Positions 37,466 to 47,883 of a stretch of DNA of 64,000 nt are shown piece by piece. The DNA comes from Cellvibrionales bacterium. GTDB taxonomy: Bacteria; Pseudomonadota; Gammaproteobacteria; Pseudomonadales; UBA7434. The stretch is from NCBI GenBank assembly GCA_041941365.1, contig JBGTQK010000001.1, positions 54,092 through 118,091 on the forward strand, given 5' to 3'. The first letter of the stretch is position 1, and every line of letters starts with the position of its first letter. The translations under genes and the position numbers were made by a program. A model generated the notes under the pieces. That model saw nothing but the letters and a program-made list of their open reading frames with translations. It did no database searches and was not told the origin of the DNA.

Positions 37466-39094
37466 ATGAATAGTATAAATAGTGTAACAGACATTTTAGG
37501 TGAGAAAATCGTATCATGGATTAGCAGCTTGTCTCATACCGGTGTGGTCGGCCTCGTATCGATAATTGGTTTAAGCCTGGTACTGTTATTAGGTATGGTT
37601 TTATTGAGTCATGCACGATACCGTAATGTCAGAGAAGAAGTGTCTTACAATGAAAATACAGTTTTTCAGCTTGGTGAAGAGCTGGATGGGGTAAAGTTTG
37701 CAAATGAGCAGTTGGCCGAGGAGGCACTGCAAATCCCGGAGCTACAATCAGAATTAGCAGCACTTATTCGTGAGTATGAACTGCTTAAAAAAATCAATGT
37801 TGATAATGATCAAAAACTTTTTTCGACGATTGAATCAAAAAACGATTTACAGGCAAAGTATGCAGCTTTGGAAGCAACAAGACTGGAACAAAACAAAGCG
37901 TTAGAAGAAAAGATAGAGCTTCTTAATGAAAACAGGCAACAATTAACCAAAGACTTTGAATTATTGGCAAACAAGATCTTTGAGGAGAAAACCCAAAGTT
38001 TTTCTAAAAATAGTCAACAGCTTATTGATGTAACTCTTTCACCATTAAAAGAACAGCTCAATAATTTCAGGCAAAAAGTAGAAGAAACCTATCATAATGA
38101 AGCTAAAGAGCGACATTTGTTAAAAGGTGAGATCGAAAAATTACGTGAAGAAAGTATTCGTATCAGCGCGGATGCCAGTAACCTGACGAAAGCGTTAAAA
38201 CATGAGAACAAAACACAAGGCAACTGGGGAGAGTTATCTTTATTACGTGCGCTTGAAATGTGCGGATTGACTGAGGGCGTAGAATTTAAAACACAGGTGG
38301 TTATTCAGGAAGATGGCAGTAAACATATTCCGGATGTTGTCGTTCACTTGCCCGGGCAAAAAGATATCATTATTGATTCCAAAGTTTCTCTTTTAGCTTA
38401 TACACGTTATTTTGAGTCGGAAGATGAAGTGGTTCAACAAAGAGCTGTGCAAGAGCATATAGCTTCAATTAAAAACCATGTTAAAGCGTTAAGTATGAAA
38501 CGCTATGATAACCTGTTAGGTTTAAATACACTGGATTACGTGATGCTTTATGTTCCCGTGGAAGGAGCATCCATGCTAGCTCTGCAAAACGATCTGGAGT
38601 TGTGGAATTATGCTTACAGCAAAAATATTGTATTAGTGGGGCCAAGTAATCTATTAGCTGTTCTACGTTCTGTTGAAACCATTTGGCGTCACGAAAGACA
38701 AAATAAAAATGCAGAAAAAATTGCTACTGAAGCAGGTAAATTACATGATCAGTTTATATTGTTTGCCGAGTCATTACAGGATGTAGGTAAGCAACTTGAT
38801 AAAGCCCGTCTCGCTTATGATAAAGCCAATGATCGTCTGGTATCTGGTCGTGGTAATTTGGTAAAACGTATTACAGATCTGGAAAAACTCGGTGCAAAAA
38901 CACAAAGAAAATTACCGGATGCACTTACTGATGCGGCAAATATTGATGATGTGGTTGCCGGGCAACCGGATACAGGAGAAGAAACATTTTTGAATACGGA
39001 AGAAGAACCAAAAAAATCATTTGAACTCTCTTCTATTTTAAATAATGATGTTGAACTGGAAAATGAAACCAATCTTGATTTAATCAGTGAATAG
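37466..39094 (+). CDS. rmuC: DNA recombination protein RmuC
   Basis: 542 aa. N-terminal TM, long coiled coil, RmuC core NWGELSLLRALEMCGL...PDVVVHLPG...IIIDSK. Acidic C-terminal tail. Confidence 0.88.
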   Translation: MNSINSVTDILGEKIVSWISSLSHTGVVGLVSIIGLSLVLLLGMVLLSHARYRNVREEVSYNENTVFQLGEELDGVKFANEQLAEEALQIPELQSELAALIREYELLKKINVDNDQKLFSTIESKNDLQAKYAALEATRLEQNKALEEKIELLNENRQQLTKDFELLANKIFEEKTQSFSKNSQQLIDVTLSPLKEQLNNFRQKVEETYHNEAKERHLLKGEIEKLREESIRISADASNLTKALKHENKTQGNWGELSLLRALEMCGLTEGVEFKTQVVIQEDGSKHIPDVVVHLPGQKDIIIDSKVSLLAYTRYFESEDEVVQQRAVQEHIASIKNHVKALSMKRYDNLLGLNTLDYVMLYVPVEGASMLALQNDLELWNYAYSKNIVLVGPSNLLAVLRSVETIWRHERQNKNAEKIATEAGKLHDQFILFAESLQDVGKQLDKARLAYDKANDRLVSGRGNLVKRITDLEKLGAKTQRKLPDALTDAANIDDVVAGQPDTGEETFLNTEEEPKKSFELSSILNNDVELENETNLDLISE

Positions 39095-39130
39095 TATTCA
39101 AAAAAATTAATCTACGAGGTATAAGTTGTT

Positions 39131-39604
39131 ATGGCATTTCCAAAAGTAGGCAATATGGCGCCAGCTTTTTCTCTTCAGAACCAGGATGAAGAGAAGATTA
39201 GCCTAAAAGATTTTAAAGATAAGAATAATGTGGTTGTTTATTTTTATCCAAAGGCGAGTACGCCAGGTTGTACGGTCCAGGCTTGTGGTATAAGAGACAG
39301 CAAAAAAGCGTTTGAGAAACTCGATACCGTGGTATTGGGTATCAGCCCTGACCCGGTAAAGCGATTACAAAATTTTATCGAGAAGCAGTCTCTCAATTTT
39401 GACTTATTGTCTGATGAAGGCCATGCGATTGCTGATAAATATGGTGCGTGGGGGCCTAAAAAATTTATGGGTAAAGAGTTCGATGGTATTTTACGAACTA
39501 CATTCATTGTAGGAAAGGATGGCCGTCTTAAGCATATTATCGATAAAGTAAAAACCAAAACACATGATGAAGATGTTATCGAGTGGATTAAAGAAAACTT
39601 GTAA
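39131..39604 (+). CDS. bcp: thioredoxin-dependent thiol peroxidase (peroxiredoxin Bcp)
   Basis: 157 aa. FYPKASTPGCTVQAC active-site motif. Confidence 0.9.
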   Translation: MAFPKVGNMAPAFSLQNQDEEKISLKDFKDKNNVVVYFYPKASTPGCTVQACGIRDSKKAFEKLDTVVLGISPDPVKRLQNFIEKQSLNFDLLSDEGHAIADKYGAWGPKKFMGKEFDGILRTTFIVGKDGRLKHIIDKVKTKTHDEDVIEWIKENL

Positions 39605-39679
39605 CATCATCTATTTATTTTAAAAACAGAAAACCAGTTAAAGCAATCAGTTAAAGAAAGTACCAAAAGTGAGGCAATT

Positions 39680-40015
39680 ATGAATTTTTTTATAAATCAG
39701 GCTCAGGCACAAACTGCATCAGCGCCACCACCACCCGGTCTGGACCTTATTCAAATCGTTTTTTTGCTGGGATTGTTTCTATTCTTTTGGCTTATTATTA
39801 TACGTCCTCAAAAAAAACGACAGAAAGAACATGAAAATCTTGTCAATAATTTAAAAAAAGGAGATGAGGTTGTGATGACTAGCGGACTTTTGGGAAAGGT
39901 CAGTGGTATAGAAGGTGATTATGTTTCAGTGCAGGCTGCCGACGGTGTAGAGTTGAAATACCAGAAAGCTTCAGTGCATGCTGTATTACCAAAAGGGACT
40001 TTAAAAGCAATATAA
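39680..40015 (+). CDS. yajC: preprotein translocase subunit YajC
   Basis: 111 aa. Single TM followed by IIRPQKKRQKEH and GDEVVMTSGLLGKV. No secD/secF adjacent. Confidence 0.85.
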   Translation: MNFFINQAQAQTASAPPPPGLDLIQIVFLLGLFLFFWLIIIRPQKKRQKEHENLVNNLKKGDEVVMTSGLLGKVSGIEGDYVSVQAADGVELKYQKASVHAVLPKGTLKAI

Positions 40016-40075
40016 AAGTTTTCTGTATTTAGTGAGTTAGAAAATACGGGTAAGCCCTGTGGTTTATTTAATGTT

Positions 40076-41080
40076 ATGACAAAACCTGTTTATCCTTCTC
40101 GTATAGCATTGGCTCAATTGCCAACACCGCTACAACCATTAAAACGCTGGCAGAAGAAATGCGGTGGCCCCTTAATATGGGTTAAGCGAGACGATATGAC
40201 GGGCGCGACTTTAACTGGTAACAAAGTGAGAAAGTTAGAGTTTTTGTTGGCACATGCTATAGAAAATGATTACGGGGCAGTTATAACTTCTGGCGGCATT
40301 CAGTCTAATCATTGCAGGGCAACTGCCTTTGCAGCAACGCAGCTAGGGTTGGAGTCTCACCTTATTTTAAGAGGAGAAGCACCTGAAGAAACGCCTGAGG
40401 CAAATCATTTTCTGGACACATTAACCAGCGCAACACTAAGTTTTCATGTTCCTCAAGAGTATTTTAAAAATCTGACAAAAATTTTTGAAGAAAAAATCAA
40501 TGAGTATGCTCAAAAGGGCATAAAAGCCCTTGCCATTCCAACGGGTGGTAGTGATGAGATTGGTGTTTGGGGGTATATTGCAGCTTGTCAGGAATTACAA
40601 AATGATTTTAATGACGCATCGATTAACCCAAAAGCTGTACTTTGTGCAACGGGTTCAGGTGGTACACAAGCAGGCCTGATTTTGGGTTCGGGGTTTTATT
40701 TAAACGATTTATCAATATATGGAATTAATGTTTGTGACGATGAAGCCTGGTTTGTTAATAAAATAAAAAGCGATATTGCAGCCTGGAAAAAACGTTATCA
40801 GCAACCCTTGCCAGAAAACTACAGTGATGATTTGTCCATTAACGTTATTGATGGTTATGTCGGTGAAGGTTACGGGAAAGCTTCTGATGAAGTGCTAGCT
40901 ACTATAAAACAACTCTCATCTACAGAAGGTATATTGTTAGACCCGGTCTATTCAGGAAAAGCTTTTGCAGGCCTGCAACAAGAAATAAAAAAAGGGCGTT
41001 TTACAGAGCAGGATGATATCGTTTTTATACATACAGGCGGGATGTTCGGGTTAATACCTTTTGCTGAGCGTTTAGGTTAA
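40076..41080 (+). CDS. PLP-dependent D-cysteine desulfhydrase / ACC-deaminase family protein
   Basis: 334 aa. GNKVRKLEFLL (PLP lysine motif), SNHCRATA and TGGSDEIG are typical of the DcyD/ACC deaminase family. Confidence 0.8.
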   Translation: MTKPVYPSRIALAQLPTPLQPLKRWQKKCGGPLIWVKRDDMTGATLTGNKVRKLEFLLAHAIENDYGAVITSGGIQSNHCRATAFAATQLGLESHLILRGEAPEETPEANHFLDTLTSATLSFHVPQEYFKNLTKIFEEKINEYAQKGIKALAIPTGGSDEIGVWGYIAACQELQNDFNDASINPKAVLCATGSGGTQAGLILGSGFYLNDLSIYGINVCDDEAWFVNKIKSDIAAWKKRYQQPLPENYSDDLSINVIDGYVGEGYGKASDEVLATIKQLSSTEGILLDPVYSGKAFAGLQQEIKKGRFTEQDDIVFIHTGGMFGLIPFAERLG

Positions 41081-41253
41081 CAGCTATTTTTTAGCACTTT
41101 TTAATTAAACTCTTAACGCTACCTATATACTACTTGTAGAGAATAATAGAGTAAATTCCATTTTTTTGTTCGTTTTTTTGAATAAAATATATCATATATC
41201 TTTAGTTAATCAGTTATAGTGCTGTTTTTAAAATAGTACATTCGGTGATGTAG

Positions 41254-41550
41254 TTGTTTAATTTATTTCGATCTATCAGTATTTTGGAAGGTATTTCTTA
41301 CCTTGTTATTCTCAGCGTTACTTTGGGTTTGATAAGTCGAGATTTTGTTTATCCGTTAGGAATGTTGCATGGTACGCTTTTTTTGGTTTATCTTATGCTG
41401 TCCTTAACCATAAGTAATAGTAAGAATTGGTCGGTTTTTATTTGGTTAGCATTGTTTGTCGCAGCGCTTATTCCATTTGCATTTATTCCAGTTGAATTAT
41501 TTTTAAGGAAAAAAATGTCAAAAGTAAAACAGGTAACAAACGTCTGTTAG
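41254..41550 (+). CDS. small integral membrane protein (DUF3817-like)
   Basis: 98 aa, three TM segments. N-terminal FRSISILEGISYLVIL resembles DUF3817. TTG start per the track. Confidence 0.45.
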   Translation: MFNLFRSISILEGISYLVILSVTLGLISRDFVYPLGMLHGTLFLVYLMLSLTISNSKNWSVFIWLALFVAALIPFAFIPVELFLRKKMSKVKQVTNVC

Positions 41551-41580
41551 GATCAGTGAAAGATATAATTGGAAAATGTT

Positions 41581-42462
41581 ATGAATGTTAAAAGCCTTTT
41601 TATATGTATTTCTCTTATAGTACTTAACTTATTTTCTTTGAAAGCCGTTGCCGAATCTTTTGTCTGGAAGGTAAGTAAAGCAGGAGATTATTTTTATCTC
41701 GGTGGCACTATTCATATGTTAAATGCCGAGGATCATCCTTTACCTAAAGGATTTAGTATTGCCTATAATGATGTAACTGAGGTTATTTTCGAGACCGATA
41801 TATCAGCAGCAGAAACGCCAGAATTCCAGACAAAACTACTGGCTATTATGACTTTTAGTGATGATAGAACTTTGGAGTCTGAACTTAAACCTGACACTTA
41901 CCGCAAGCTGGAAAAATTTCTTGTATCTCGCCAGATACCAATAGAAAAATTTATTAAATTTCAGCCTTGGGGTATATCCCTAATGATCACTTTACTTGAA
42001 TATCAACGTTTGGGCATGATGCCGAATTATGGAGTCGACGCTTACTATAACAATTTAGCATTAGCCGATACTAAAGAAATCAACAGTCTTGAGACGCCAG
42101 AACAGCAATTAAATTTTATTTCTTCAATGGCAGCAATGGATCCGGATGTTTGTGTTGAATATACGTTAAGGGATCTTGAGCATTTACCTGAGTTTATTGA
42201 AAAAATGAAAAACAATTGGCGTGTTGGAAATCTAAAAAAATTTTCAAAACATTCTTCTTTTAAAAAAATGAAAAAAGAATTTCCAGGGATGTATCGTGCT
42301 TTGGTTTTAAACAGGAATAGTAACTGGTTAGAACAGCTTCCATCCTTTTTAGATGATAGTGATAAAGAGTTAGTCTTAGTAGGTGCTATGCACCTTATTG
42401 GAAAAGAAGGTTTACTCAATCAGCTAAAGAAACAAGGATTTAAAATCAAACAGCTTGATTAA
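41581..42462 (+). CDS. TraB/GumN family protein (periplasmic)
   Basis: Signal peptide from ATG 41581 (MNVKSLFICISLIVLNLFSLKAVA). YLGGTIHML and VLVGAMHLIGKEGL motifs of the TraB/GumN family. Confidence 0.75.
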   Translation: MNVKSLFICISLIVLNLFSLKAVAESFVWKVSKAGDYFYLGGTIHMLNAEDHPLPKGFSIAYNDVTEVIFETDISAAETPEFQTKLLAIMTFSDDRTLESELKPDTYRKLEKFLVSRQIPIEKFIKFQPWGISLMITLLEYQRLGMMPNYGVDAYYNNLALADTKEINSLETPEQQLNFISSMAAMDPDVCVEYTLRDLEHLPEFIEKMKNNWRVGNLKKFSKHSSFKKMKKEFPGMYRALVLNRNSNWLEQLPSFLDDSDKELVLVGAMHLIGKEGLLNQLKKQGFKIKQLD

Positions 42463-42490
42463 AATAAATCGAAGTTGGTGATGTCAGATT

Positions 42491-42799
42491 CTATCGAAGA
42501 AAGAACCCCAAAAAACTATAGAAACCAACAAAAGTAATACAGAGTCCTATAGCAAGATAGGTATCAAACTCATTTTGGTCGGGTTGTTCAAGGGTGACTT
42601 CTTCTACCTGTGTAGACTTACCCGCATATTGCTCAATGATAGCCTGAAGTTTTTGTTCATTTTCATAAGTTTCAGCATAAAGTTCTTTAAGCTCTTCAAG
42701 GGTCACTTCCTGATGATTCGCTGTGTCTTCCTCTATAGGGAGTAAAGAAAGCTGTAAGTTTGAATACTGATCGTCATGTGTCATCTTTATAAATCTCAA
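42491..42799 (-). CDS. hypothetical acidic protein with C-terminal TM anchor
   Basis: 102-aa ORF. E/Q-rich N-terminal part and a single C-terminal hydrophobic helix. No family recognised. Confidence 0.4.
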   Translation of the reverse strand: MRFIKMTHDDQYSNLQLSLLPIEEDTANHQEVTLEELKELYAETYENEQKLQAIIEQYAGKSTQVEEVTLEQPDQNEFDTYLAIGLCITFVGFYSFLGFFLR

Positions 42800-42906
42800 T
42801 CACTCATTATTGTGTGTGGTGTTTATAAGTTAAGCACTCATTTACTCTTTTTGTTGAAAAAAAAGCCTTATTTTTGTTAAGTGGTTAAAAATTAGGTGGT
42901 TTATTT

Positions 42907-43776
42907 CTATGCTGAGAAGGTATCACAGGCATTGATGTCTCCACGGCTTTGAAACCCTTTTTTAAACCAGTATGACCGTTGCTGGGCAGAGCCATGAGTA
43001 AAAGATTCAGGAATAACGTGGCCTCGTGCCTTGCGTTGCAAAGTATCATCGCCTATTTGTCTTGCTGCGTTGAGCGCCTCTTCTATATCTCCACGCTCCA
43101 GTAAATTTCTGACTTTATCCGCGTGTAATGCCCAGATACCAGCCAAACAATCGGCCTGTAACTCCATTTTTACTTGTAATTGATTAGCCTGAACTTTTGA
43201 TACTTGCTGTTTAGCCTGGTGAACTTTTCCAGATACACCTAACAGTGTTTGTATATGGTGACCAACTTCATGTGCAATAACATATGCTTGTGCAAAATCG
43301 CCAGGAGCGTCATGACGTGAACGTAGTTCTCTGTAAAAACCCAGATCAATATAAATTTTTTGATCGGCAGGGCAGTAGAAAGGGCCCATTGCAGATTGAG
43401 CATGCCCACAACCAGAATTAATTGCACCACTAAATAATATCAGTTTAGGTTCTTTATAACGACTTCCTAATTGTTGTTGAAAAATTGAGTGCCATGTTGT
43501 TTCAGTATCAGCTAATACCACGGAGACAAATTCTGCTAGTTCATTTTCAGCAGCTGTTGGTTTATGCGTTTGAGCTTGTGAAGAAATTCCACCATTATTG
43601 CTTCCTCCTAATAGCAAATTCATAATAGTAGAAGGATCTGCACCCAGTAAATATGCACCAATAGCCAGAATAATGGTGCCAGCTCCTAACCTTTTACCTA
43701 TGGGTAATGATGCACCTCTATTACTACTTCTGTGGTCTTCAATATTGGTGCTTCGTCTTTGGTTTTTCCAGCGCAT
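42907..43776 (-). CDS. ypfJ: YpfJ-family neutral zinc metallopeptidase
   Basis: The conserved N-terminus MRWKNQRRSTNIEDHR sets the start at ATG 43776 (the track start 43860 is an upstream extension). TM segment, zinc motif AHEVGHHIQ. Confidence 0.85.
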   Translation of the reverse strand: MRWKNQRRSTNIEDHRSSNRGASLPIGKRLGAGTIILAIGAYLLGADPSTIMNLLLGGSNNGGISSQAQTHKPTAAENELAEFVSVVLADTETTWHSIFQQQLGSRYKEPKLILFSGAINSGCGHAQSAMGPFYCPADQKIYIDLGFYRELRSRHDAPGDFAQAYVIAHEVGHHIQTLLGVSGKVHQAKQQVSKVQANQLQVKMELQADCLAGIWALHADKVRNLLERGDIEEALNAARQIGDDTLQRKARGHVIPESFTHGSAQQRSYWFKKGFQSRGDINACDTFSA

Positions 43777-44170
43777 AATGATACAACCAGTGTTCAGTGT
43801 TTTAAGGTGAGTAAGGTGGGAGATAATTAAACGTTTATTAACAACATGAGTTAGTTGCATGACTCATGAAAATGTTAATTGGAAAATATATATTTATCCG
43901 GATACTACTATGTTTATTTTAAACTTTCTAGCTTGGGTATAGCGTTTTTATCTTTTGATTCTTTAAGAACATTTTATTAATACTATATTTATAAAGCATT
44001 GCAGTGTAATGAGCGAAAGCTGGATTTTTACAATTTTGAAACACTTTAGTCTGATTTATAAACAAAAACTGAACAGTTAATTTAAAAAGACATTCCTTTT
44101 TATTCTAAAAGCTGTCATTATATTTTTTTGTAATAACTTTATTAACTTGTAGATAGAAAGGAAAACCATT

Positions 44171-44629
44171 ATGGGCTTATTTGATTATGTAAAAAACATG
44201 GGTTCTAAAGTATTTGGAGCCGATGATTCTGATGCTGCAGAAAAAATTAAAGAACATATTCTCAGTGATAATCCAGGTGTTGAGAACCTTGAGGTAACTT
44301 ATGATGATGGTACTGTTTGTCTAACGGGTGAATGCCAGAATTATGCGGCGCGTGATAAAACTGTACTGCTTGCAGGTAATGTCAAAGATGTAGAAAAAGT
44401 TGAGGCAGAGGGTTTGACTATAGCGATGGCTGAACAAGCTGAACCAAAAGTAGAATATTATGAAATTAAGAGTGGTGATTCATTATCAAAAATTGCTAAA
44501 GAATATTATGGTAATGCAATGGATTACCCGAAAATCTTTGAAGCCAATAAAGAGGTTATCAAGGATCCCAATTTGATTTATCCAGGGCAAAAAATTCGAA
44601 TTCCTATGGATGAAGAAGCAATTGCTTAG
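44171..44629 (+). CDS. kbp: BON + LysM domain potassium-binding protein Kbp/YgaU
   Basis: 152 aa. MGLFDYVKNMGSKVFG N-terminus, BON region, C-terminal LysM YEIKSGDSLSKIAKEYYG...IYPGQKIRIP. Confidence 0.85.
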   Translation: MGLFDYVKNMGSKVFGADDSDAAEKIKEHILSDNPGVENLEVTYDDGTVCLTGECQNYAARDKTVLLAGNVKDVEKVEAEGLTIAMAEQAEPKVEYYEIKSGDSLSKIAKEYYGNAMDYPKIFEANKEVIKDPNLIYPGQKIRIPMDEEAIA

Positions 44630-44643
44630 TGATTACTAAGAAA

Positions 44644-44687
44644 GGATAAAAGAAAAAGGCACCTTAAGGTGCCTTTTTCTTTTATCC
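44644..44687. terminator. bidirectional rho-independent terminator (perfect 20-bp stem) between convergent kbp and gspD
   Basis: GGATAAAAGAAAAAGGCACC (44644-44663), loop TTAA, then GGTGCCTTTTTCTTTTATCC (44668-44687). An exact inverted repeat with a GC-rich core and U-rich arms in both directions. Confidence 0.85.
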
Positions 44688-44699
44688 TGAATAGTTAAT

Positions 44700-46871
44700 C
44701 TATTTTCTAAAAAGTGTTTTTTTCTTTTCAACTGATGATGCAGGCTCATCTTCGATTTGTTTTTTTTCTTCCCGAAGTGTTTTAGATTCTGTAACGGGTT
44801 GAGCAGAATAATTTGAAGATGTTTGATCGGGTAATTTTCCTGCTGGAGAGAAAACCTCGAACTCCTCCAGTAAAGGCTTTTCTTTGTGATAGTTAATAAA
44901 CGAATCCAGCGCTTCGCGCATTTGTTTTTGCCGCATGAAGGCATAACGTTGAGCAGTGAGCCCGGAGATTTGTAATTGTTCTTTAAGAATAATAGGCCTG
45001 ATAAACACCATCAGATTATTCTTGGCTTTGTCAGTAGAGTGCGAGCGAAAAACCCTACCAATAATCGGGATATCACCTAACAGTGGTACTTGGCTGTGAG
45101 TTTCTACGTCGTCTTCTCTGATTAGTCCGCCGAGGACAAGTACTTGACCATCTTTAATTAATGCGCTGGTAGTAATTTCAGTTTTTTCTGTAACAAGGTC
45201 AACAGCGCCGCTTTCTTCGTTTTGTACTACGTTTTCGGTTGTTTGATTTATATCTAAAGTAATTGAATCACCCTGATTGATTCTTGGAGTCACTTTAAGA
45301 GTGATACCAACATCCTGACGCTCTACAGTCTGGAACGGGTTAGTCACGTCAGCGCCAGAAGATGTTGAGGAGCCAGTAATAAAAGGAACATTTTGCCCTA
45401 CTAGCAGGCTTGCTTCTTCGTTGTCTAACGCAACAATTGTGGGTGTAGACATTATATTGGAACGGTTCCGGCTGGTCACGGCACGGAGTGCTGCAATCAA
45501 ATTGCCATCTTCCAGATAACCGAAAGAAATACCAGCACTGCCAGCTAAATTTGCAACGAGATTAGATGTGCTATTGTCATTAGCAATTGAAGCAGCAGCT
45601 GTGCCAATTCCAGTGGACCCCTGGAGGTTAACTGCACCAATGCCGCCGCTACGATCACCCTCATAAATATCCGAGCCGACGCCAATAAGTCCCAGCGCAT
45701 CTTGCGCATTGCCTTGTACCTGCACAACAACTGCTTCAATTAATACTTGTGCGCGCTGTATATCCAGTTTGCTTATTACTGATTTCAGGCTTTGCATCAG
45801 TGCAGGTGGTGCTGAAATAACTAAAGAATTGGTTGCTTCACTGGCATCAATACTGAAACTTTTTAAACCTTCAGTCTTATTTTCTTTTTGAATGCTGGCT
45901 GCAACATTTTGAAGGATAGGAGCTATTTCTTTAGCTTCTATATAATTGAGATAGACAACTTGAGTATTTCCATCACCATTTAAAGGAACATCCAGCTTTT
46001 TGATAAGCCGTTTTATTTGAGTTCTTTTTTGTTTATTACCAGTGATCAAAAGAGAGTTGGAGCGTTTATCAACAGCAAAATTGAGGGCGTTTGCAGGTGC
46101 TTCACCTTTTTTTGCGCTGTTTTTTATGTTCACAACAGCTTCGATAACCTGTTTAATTTCTTCTGCTGACGCATGGATGATTGGTACAATTTCAAGATCA
46201 AAGCCGGCATCTGACTTATCGAGAATAGCGACAAGCTCCTTGATTTTGGTGATCCCTCTCGCTGTGTCTGCCACAATTAAAGCGTTAGTGGGTGGGTAGG
46301 CTGCAAGGTGAGATGAGGCAGGGACAAGAGGTCTTAATGTGGAAACAAACTGAGTGGCATCGCTGTGCTTGAGATCAATAATTGAAGTAACGATTTCGCC
46401 CTGTTTGGATTCAAAGCCCGAGAAGGGAACGTCAGATGTTTTGGCATCTGCATCCGGAATAACTTTTACTACATTGTTAGATTCAACAGCAGCAAAACCA
46501 TTGAGTTGCAAAACAGTAAGAAATAATTCATAGGCTTCTTCCGGGCTAACAGCTCTAGAAGAAATGACAGTAACGTTACCTCTAACATTTCTATGTAGGA
46601 TGATATTCTTTTGTGTGCGGTCGGCTACCCATTGTACAAAGCTGCGAATATCAGCCTCGCGCATATTCATCGTAAACTTTTCTGGTTCCTTTGTTTTGTT
46701 GCTATCGAGAGCGTTATTAGCTTCCGGATTGGCTTCAGACACTTCCTGGGCCGACACAAGAGAGCTTGCAGATAGTAAAATCACAATGAACATTGCTTTA
46801 AGAAGTAAAGAACTTTCAAGCAATAATGATTGTATTGGACTATTTTTTTTAGAATAAAAATGGTTTAACAC
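44700..46871 (-). CDS. gspD: type II secretion system secretin
   Basis: 723 aa. Signal peptide ...SLVSA|QE, N0-N3-type repeats, secretin core with VPLLGDIPIIGRVFRS. The GTG start abuts the gspC stop. Long K/E-rich C-terminal tail. Confidence 0.92.
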   Translation of the reverse strand: MLNHFYSKKNSPIQSLLLESSLLLKAMFIVILLSASSLVSAQEVSEANPEANNALDSNKTKEPEKFTMNMREADIRSFVQWVADRTQKNIILHRNVRGNVTVISSRAVSPEEAYELFLTVLQLNGFAAVESNNVVKVIPDADAKTSDVPFSGFESKQGEIVTSIIDLKHSDATQFVSTLRPLVPASSHLAAYPPTNALIVADTARGITKIKELVAILDKSDAGFDLEIVPIIHASAEEIKQVIEAVVNIKNSAKKGEAPANALNFAVDKRSNSLLITGNKQKRTQIKRLIKKLDVPLNGDGNTQVVYLNYIEAKEIAPILQNVAASIQKENKTEGLKSFSIDASEATNSLVISAPPALMQSLKSVISKLDIQRAQVLIEAVVVQVQGNAQDALGLIGVGSDIYEGDRSGGIGAVNLQGSTGIGTAAASIANDNSTSNLVANLAGSAGISFGYLEDGNLIAALRAVTSRNRSNIMSTPTIVALDNEEASLLVGQNVPFITGSSTSSGADVTNPFQTVERQDVGITLKVTPRINQGDSITLDINQTTENVVQNEESGAVDLVTEKTEITTSALIKDGQVLVLGGLIREDDVETHSQVPLLGDIPIIGRVFRSHSTDKAKNNLMVFIRPIILKEQLQISGLTAQRYAFMRQKQMREALDSFINYHKEKPLLEEFEVFSPAGKLPDQTSSNYSAQPVTESKTLREEKKQIEDEPASSVEKKKTLFRK

Positions 46872-47495
46872 TTATTTACCTCTTAATTGGCGTATCCTTT
46901 CACGGATAGCATCACGCCTTTCTTTGGCAGCCTGGGTTTCCAGGCCATCATTATCACCTGATCTTGAGCCTCCAGATGACCAATTGTTATTGAATGATTT
47001 TGTATCCAGTCCTTTATCGCTTCCTAGTGATGGAAAGTAGAGTGTTTCATAATTTCCGTTTCTGGATAGCACAACACGATCAGAATAAACAGCCGACAGC
47101 GTTACATTTCCTGGTAACTCGTCACCCACTTCATATTTTTGAGCAATTTTCTTATCATCTTCAATAATAGCGCCTGATGCTTCTTTTTCAGTTGCAGCAA
47201 AAGCACCGCGTAGAGTTAATTCCAGTTTGGTTTCAGGTAAATCATCGACTTGAATTTCTTGTTTGTCACTGGCTACACCAAAAAAATGTCGATCACTGAT
47301 CAGGTCAGGGTTTACGGATTTTCGGTTAATGTTTTCTGCCCGATCAACAAAAATCTGAGTCTTTGGCGAAAAGAAGATAGCCGTACCTAATTTGAATACA
47401 CTCATTATGGCTACAAATAAAGCAGCTAACAGCAAAGCAGTTGCGCCTGCCAGCATTGGATTATTTGTGATCGTTGATAAATTTAATGATTTCAC
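46872..47495 (-). CDS. gspC: type II secretion system protein C (XcpP-like, no PDZ domain)
   Basis: 207 aa. N-terminal TM, HR-domain pattern LELTLRGAFAA...YEVGDELPGNVTLSAVYSDRVVLSRNGNYETLYFP, short basic helical C-terminus (AAKERRDAIRERIRQLRGK). Immediately upstream of gspD. Confidence 0.75.
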   Translation of the reverse strand: MKSLNLSTITNNPMLAGATALLLAALFVAIMSVFKLGTAIFFSPKTQIFVDRAENINRKSVNPDLISDRHFFGVASDKQEIQVDDLPETKLELTLRGAFAATEKEASGAIIEDDKKIAQKYEVGDELPGNVTLSAVYSDRVVLSRNGNYETLYFPSLGSDKGLDTKSFNNNWSSGGSRSGDNDGLETQAAKERRDAIRERIRQLRGK

Positions 47496-47883
47496 AGAGA
47501 AAGGTGTTGTCCAATTAATGGTCTTGTAATGAGTTTATCTGCAATTTTAGCTTTGATGTTTTTTCCAGCATTAAGTTGCGTAAGATCGTTTTTAAGGCCT
47601 TTTCAGTATAGCCTGCATTCTAGCTATTCTGCCGGTAAGTGCCTATCATTGTATGTATATATTTTTGCAAATCTTAATAAATTCCAACAATTTATCATTG
47701 GTATTTTAAAAAAGGCTTAATAACTGATTAAATTCACAATGTTGCCTTAATATTTAACTACAAAGCGAGTTAAACTATAAATTACTTTAGTTAAGCTTTA
47801 TTTAAGCGAAAAATGTCTAAAAAGTGAACTCAAAGCTGCAGAGGTAGTCTTTTATTGACTATTTTTAAATAAAGTCATTTGTT

